A stretch of 59,770 bases of DNA, taken from Guillardia theta CCMP2712. Taxonomy: Eukaryota > Protista > Cryptophyta. Shown one piece after another: positions 55,001 to 59,770 of the stretch. The position numbers and the translations under genes were made by a program. The notes under the pieces were generated by a model. It did not search any database. It saw only the letters and a program-made list of their open reading frames with translations, and was not told the DNA's origin. Location of the stretch: NCBI RefSeq assembly GCF_000315625.1, contig NW_005434628.1, forward strand, positions 103,003 through 162,772, given 5' to 3'. Positions within the stretch are counted from its first letter, which is position 1. Each line of letters starts with the position of its first letter.

Positions 55001-58000
55001 ACTCGGACTTATGCGGTCAGTTGTGACCTTGTTTGAGGTGTTCAGCTGACGTCGAGCAGGGAAGGAAGCCTCTCTGTCCTGCTTGCTCGACCCCCAGTCG
55101 TCTCTCCCACACGTGCGTGCTCCTTGCTGCTTGGATCTGCTGACGGAGGAGCAGGAGATGGACTGGGAGCTTTCCTGGCATGTGTGTGAGATCTTCTCCC
55201 GCTGCAAGAACAAAGACAGCGCACGTGAGGAAACACAAGCATGAAGGGGGAGGAGAAACATGATAATCATGATGGAGATGATGGAGATGATCACGATGAT
55301 TACGATGATCACGATGATGATCCTGATGGAGATGATAATCATGATGGAGATGATCACGATGATCACGATGATGATCCTGATGGAGATGATAATCATGATG
55401 GAGATGATGATGGTAATGATGATGGTGGTGATGATTGAAAATTGAAGTTTATAGTGGAGTTGTGGTCCAGGAGGAATAGCACCGATTTTGACTCTGGTGT
55501 GCGACAGAGAAATCAAGTTTGCTAGGAAGGATGATGTCGAAATTCGTGGGGTCGGAGGAGTTTTCTCTCCTAAGACTCAAGATCGCTCTCAACTTCGCGT
55601 CACAGGTAGGATATCGAAAAGATGCAGATGGGGAGGGGGAAACATTTGGGGCTGGGGGAGGGGGAATGTGGCAAGGGAGGAGAGGGAGGGAAGAGGAGGA
55701 AGGGGCAAGGAGGAGGTCAGGGACGAACGATGACTGTTGGCTGCGCAGCTCGAAATGTCAGGTCAGTGGGAGATGTCGGCGTACGTCCTGCTAGCATGCA
55801 TCGATGCAAGCATGAAGATGGAAACGTTGCAAGTGAGAGAAGGATGAGGAAGTGAAGGGACGGGAGGGTTGAGTATCGCTGACAGGACGAGGCGGCTGAG
55901 CAGTGGGAGGCACTTTACCGCAGCTCAATCACCAGCGCCTTCCGCTCCCTCCTCGCTCGTCACAGTGAGCACATGGAGCAGCGAGGGTATGACATCACCG
56001 TCAAGGGCGTCTGCGTGTTGCAAGAGAGCGAGATGCTGCAGGTGCGGAGGGAGGGAGGGAGGGAGGGAGGCGATGCTTGTGCAGTTATGTTGAGGACGAG
56101 TCTGACTTTCTCTCAGAAACTTTGTGATGGAGTAGAAGTGAGGAACTGGTTCACGCAAGCTCAGGCTTGGAGCAGTCGACAAGAGATGGAGACGGTGAGT
56201 CTAGAGGTGTGGATGAGACGAATTGAAATCTTGTCGCAGAGTTTGGGGCATCGGAGGTTGCATCATGATAGGTGATGAAGAGAAGAGAGTAGATGGGGCG
56301 AGGATGGGGAATACATACCCTGAGGAGATGAGAGGAGATGAGAAACGTTTAGATGAGATGAGATGAGATGATAAACAATGTTGTGAGAGTTGAGGTATGC
56401 CTTAGCCTCGTCGATCTCACTTACTGTCTTAGGGAGTTGTCGCTCTGCCTGGAGTGCCATGAGGGTGGAAGGGCACACGAGCTCGGTGAGAGATCAAGTT
56501 TGGAGACTGTTACCCTTATCTTCAATCTCCTCCTGTCCTATCTCCCTTCTTCCTCCCGCCTCTTCCCCTCGTTCCTTTCTCCATTTTCTCTCGCATTCCT
56601 CACTCCCTCCTCTTGCTTCTTCCTCCCTCCTCCCTCCTCGCTACTCTTGCTGTGGCCATGACGCTTTTTCCCAGTCCTTCAACTCCTTCATCACGAAGAT
56701 CTTCTCAGCGAGGACTCAAAGGTGATCCTGTCGCGTCCTGAAATGCTGAGTCTTGCCATTGACACGATGCCAGCTGAATGAGAAGACCATTCTGCTCCTC
56801 CGCAGACTTGAAAACGAAATGTCGAGATGGTCCGCTACCCCTTTGCTCCCTGCTCCTCTCCCCATCCTCCTGCCCTGTCCTCTGCGCTCCCTTCTACAGC
56901 TTCTCTTCATCGTCCCTTCCCAGCTCTCCTTCAGGCTGACCAGTGAGTGTCTAGGAGGAGGGAGTGGGTCAATGGGGCAGCCGCGATTCTTGCACTGTTG
57001 GAAGTGATGGAGACGGTAAGAAGGGATGGGGATGGGGATGGGGAGGGAGAATGGGGAAGAGGAGGAAAAGAAGAGGGAGGAGGGAGGGAGAGGGAGGAAG
57101 GGGAGGGAGAGAAGGGAGGGAGGGAGGAGAGGGAGGGGAAGAGCAACAGGAGCAGCAGGAGGAGAGGATCGAAGTTTGGAATGAGTTCTCTCACATGGGA
57201 TATTCCAGATTCAAAACTTGGAGAAGAACAACTACGACTTACAGCCTGAGGATGTCATGCAATACCTCCTTCAGGTGAGACAGTCTTGACCTCATGATGA
57301 GGCTGCAAGGACGGGTTGAGGAGGAGCAGGAGGAGCAGGAGACAGCAGCGGGGGCGGTGCGTTTGATACCAGGTTGACCAGGTTCAAGGATGTGCAAAGA
57401 TCATTGCCAGCTTGTCGTTCAATGTGCAGAGAGCATGCGAGGGTCTTCTAACCAAGGTATCCTCCTCCCGCTGCTCATCCCCATCACCATCACCATCCTC
57501 ATCCTCCTCTTTCTCCTCCTCTTTCTCCTCCTCCTTCTCCTCTTTCCCTCCCTTTGCCTCCGTTCCCTGCTACCTTTTTCCTTGCCTCTCGTCCCTTCCT
57601 CTTCGCTTGTCGCCTCTTACCCCCCACAGGTTGCTGTTGCTCTCTGGCAATTCTCAACGGATCGAGCGGGATCGATGGGCAGCAGCTACAAGGTAACTCT
57701 CCTTCCCATGCTCCCCTGCTCGTCCTCGTCCTCCTCCTTTCCACCACCACACCTCCTCATCATCTCCATCATCATCATCACTACCACCACCATCACCTCC
57801 TCATCCCCCTCCTCGTCATCATCATCATCATCTCCATCATCATCATCACCGCTGACAAGCTCTCGCGATCAGGTCACGCCCCTCCGGCAGCTCAACCTTC
57901 CTCCTGGCAAGCAGCTGGGGCTCGTCCAGCAGTTGGCAGTGTCGAGCTTCAGGTGGGAGGAGGTGATCGCTTGTCCGCGTGTTGACGGAGGAGCAGGATG

Positions 58001-58001
58001 A
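52022..58001 (+). CDS. NUP96: Nuclear pore complex protein Nup96-like, many short exons; ends approximate
   Basis: DMGLFMGRSFRACFSP, FSDWLQ, IFVHLTGRQIDHAC, GDFELALLVAQ, IYR|LLAG, LDWRRCFGLYLW, DMRLQLLHL and MDWELSWHVCEI match Nup96 conserved blocks in the expected order. Confidence 0.82.
55240..55436. repeat. Compound (GAT)-derived minisatellite inside a Nup96 intron
   Basis: GAT triplets with recurring higher-order blocks AATCATGATGGAGATGAT and GATCACGAT. Confidence 0.85.
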
Positions 58002-58239
58002 TGAGCGAGAGAGGACGGAGAACCGACCAGCAGCTCATGGTAAGGAGGAGGGGGAGGAGGAAGAGGAGAGAGGGGAGGGTGAGCGGAAAATGATAAAGGG
58101 GAGGAGGATATGAAGGAGAGGGAGGGGAGAATGAAAAAATGACGTCATTGCAGGAGGAGGACGAGGAGATGATGGAAAGGGAGACTGAAGAATGTTGAAG
58201 TTTCCGTTTGTTCTACATTCCTTTTGTACATTTTCAAGC

Positions 58240-59770
58240 TCACCCCTCCTGTTTTCCCCACCCTCCCCCTTCCGTCGTTGGTGAACCCACCGCCTCCTCC
58301 CCTCTCGCCAGCTCCTCCACCTCCCATCCTCCCTCCTCGTCGAAGAGCAGCAGGTGCTTGTGAAACTTCTTGAGTGATGCCCTGCGGATTCATACGGGTG
58401 AGGGAAGTGTAATAGGGGGAGAGGAGGAGGAGGAGGAGGAGGAGTTTGCAAGATCAAGGGGTGATGAAGAAAAAACAAAGCGGGAGTTACAGGAGGGAGA
58501 GCACAGGGGCGAGGGAGGGTGAGGGAGTCAGGGGAGGGAGAGAGGAATCGTCAGAGGGGAGAGGAGGAAGGAGCAAAGGAGGGATACCTGTGTCCTATGC
58601 TCATCAGGGTGATGGAGGCGTCGCAACAAGCCTGGTAAAGTTTCTCTTCCACCTGATCCCCCAGGGCTCAAGGCGCTGCCGCAGCTCCTTCCCTCCCCTT
58701 CTCGCCCTCCTCTCTCATCTCTCCCCACCCTCGTTCCCATCTCTTTCTCTAAGTCTCTCCATGTAAATTTTCTGCCTCCCTCGCCTCTGCCGCTTTCCCC
58801 TCCTCTCCCTCACCTTCTCGGGCAAGGCGCTAGTGGCCTCGTCGAGGAGCGCGAAGAGAGGTCGGTGATAGAGCAGCCTGGCACCAGTGAGAGCAGGACA
58901 GGGAGGAGGAACAGCAGGAAGCAGGAAGCAGGAAGCAGGAAGCAGGAAGCAGGCGGGAAGGGGGAGAGAAGGGAAGGACAGGGGAATGAGTGAAGAAAGG
59001 GGGGTAGAGGGAAAGCGGAGGGGAGGGCAGGGGAAGGAGGGAGGAAGAAAGGAAGGCGGAGGGAGGGAGTAGAGGAGATATGAGTGAAGGAGTGCGGAAG
59101 GGATGGGATGGGGTAGGAGCATCAGGAAGTCGGCACAACCTCGCAAACATGATCCTTTGCTGCTCTCCCGGTGAAAGAATAGAATTCCTGCAGATGACGA
59201 TGAGTGAGGGTGACGCAGGAGTGTAGGAGGGAAGAGGGGGAGAGAGAGGAGGAGGAGGAGATGCAGGAGGAGGAGGAGGAGGAGGGATGAAGACGGCTGG
59301 GAGAGGAGAGGGGAGGACAAGCTACCAATCAGATCGAATCTCTGTAGACGAGAAGCGGAGGAGGAGATACTCGATGCCTGCGACCTCAAGACACCTGGCT
59401 CTCGTCAGTCTCTCCTCATCCTCCCCTTCCCCGTCCTCTCCCTCCCCCAACTCTCTTCCTTTGCTTTCCCTCGTCCTCCTCTCCCCACCACCACACCAAA
59501 ATCTCTTCTTCTCTTTTCCTACCTGTCCAAGTCCGCCTTCCGAACGTCCTTCCTGCTTGACAACTATCATTTCTCTGTTTCACGAGACGCCGCCTCCCCT
59601 CTCCCTCTCTCTTCTTTTTTCCCTCTCCCCCTCCCTCTCCCTCTCCCTCCCTCCCTTCCCTCCCTCGCTCTACTTGAGCTGGTCCTCGACACGATTGTCT
59701 GTTACCCAGCACTTACGTATCGGCACGTATCCCTAGTTTTCCCTTAATCTCCTTCCTCCTCTGCGCATTA
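58240..59770 (-). CDS. ABC transporter subfamily D, C-terminal nucleotide-binding domain exons; 5' part outside the window
   Basis: VAGIEYLLLRF..DW|NSILSPGEQQRIMFAR|LLYHRPLFALLDEATSAL..|VEEKLYQAC..ITLMSIGHR|ASLKKFHKHLLLFDEEGGW. Confidence 0.9.

Noticed and set aside
55241-55438. Asp/His-rich metal-binding peptide ORF
   Set aside because: A GAT-derived repeat open in several frames, lying between Nup96 exons.

Overview
Gene-dense, intron-rich eukaryotic nuclear DNA with three N-gaps. Tiny GT-AG introns alternate with GGA/CCT microsatellite-expanded introns, and a starch synthase carries a signal-peptide leader; together these suggest a cryptophyte alga of the Guillardia/Hanusia type (inference). 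Left part: a probable single gene joining a signal peptide, 4 EF-hands, ankyrin repeats and a possible JmjC-like domain; a GT5 starch synthase; a Cdc14-type phosphatase with two N-terminal cyclic-nucleotide-binding domains; a U-box/LRR protein; and an unknown gene. Centre (19755-37925): a three-unit tandem array, each unit being glycerophosphodiester phosphodiesterase (GDPD) + CG-rich island + G-rich tract + 170-aa orphan gene. Unit 1 is interrupted by a complete chromodomain-bearing Ty3/Gypsy retrotransposon with identical 207-bp LTRs and a CATGC target-site duplication. Right part: a coiled-coil gene, a CNNM/DUF21-CBS transporter, a PWWP-BAH-WD40-like gene, a signal-anchored coiled-coil gene, Nup96 and the 3' part of an ABCD transporter. 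The most unusual signals are: (i) intergenic islands that accumulate short insertions far faster than adjacent duplicated DNA and are flanked by strand-oriented G tracts; (ii) the cNMP-Cdc14 fusion with equal-length insertions in both phosphate-binding cassettes; (iii) a retrotransposon whose PPT position carries a near copy of its PBS; (iv) the PWWP-BAH-propeller chromatin reader. Exon boundaries were read by eye, so multi-exon coordinates are approximate.
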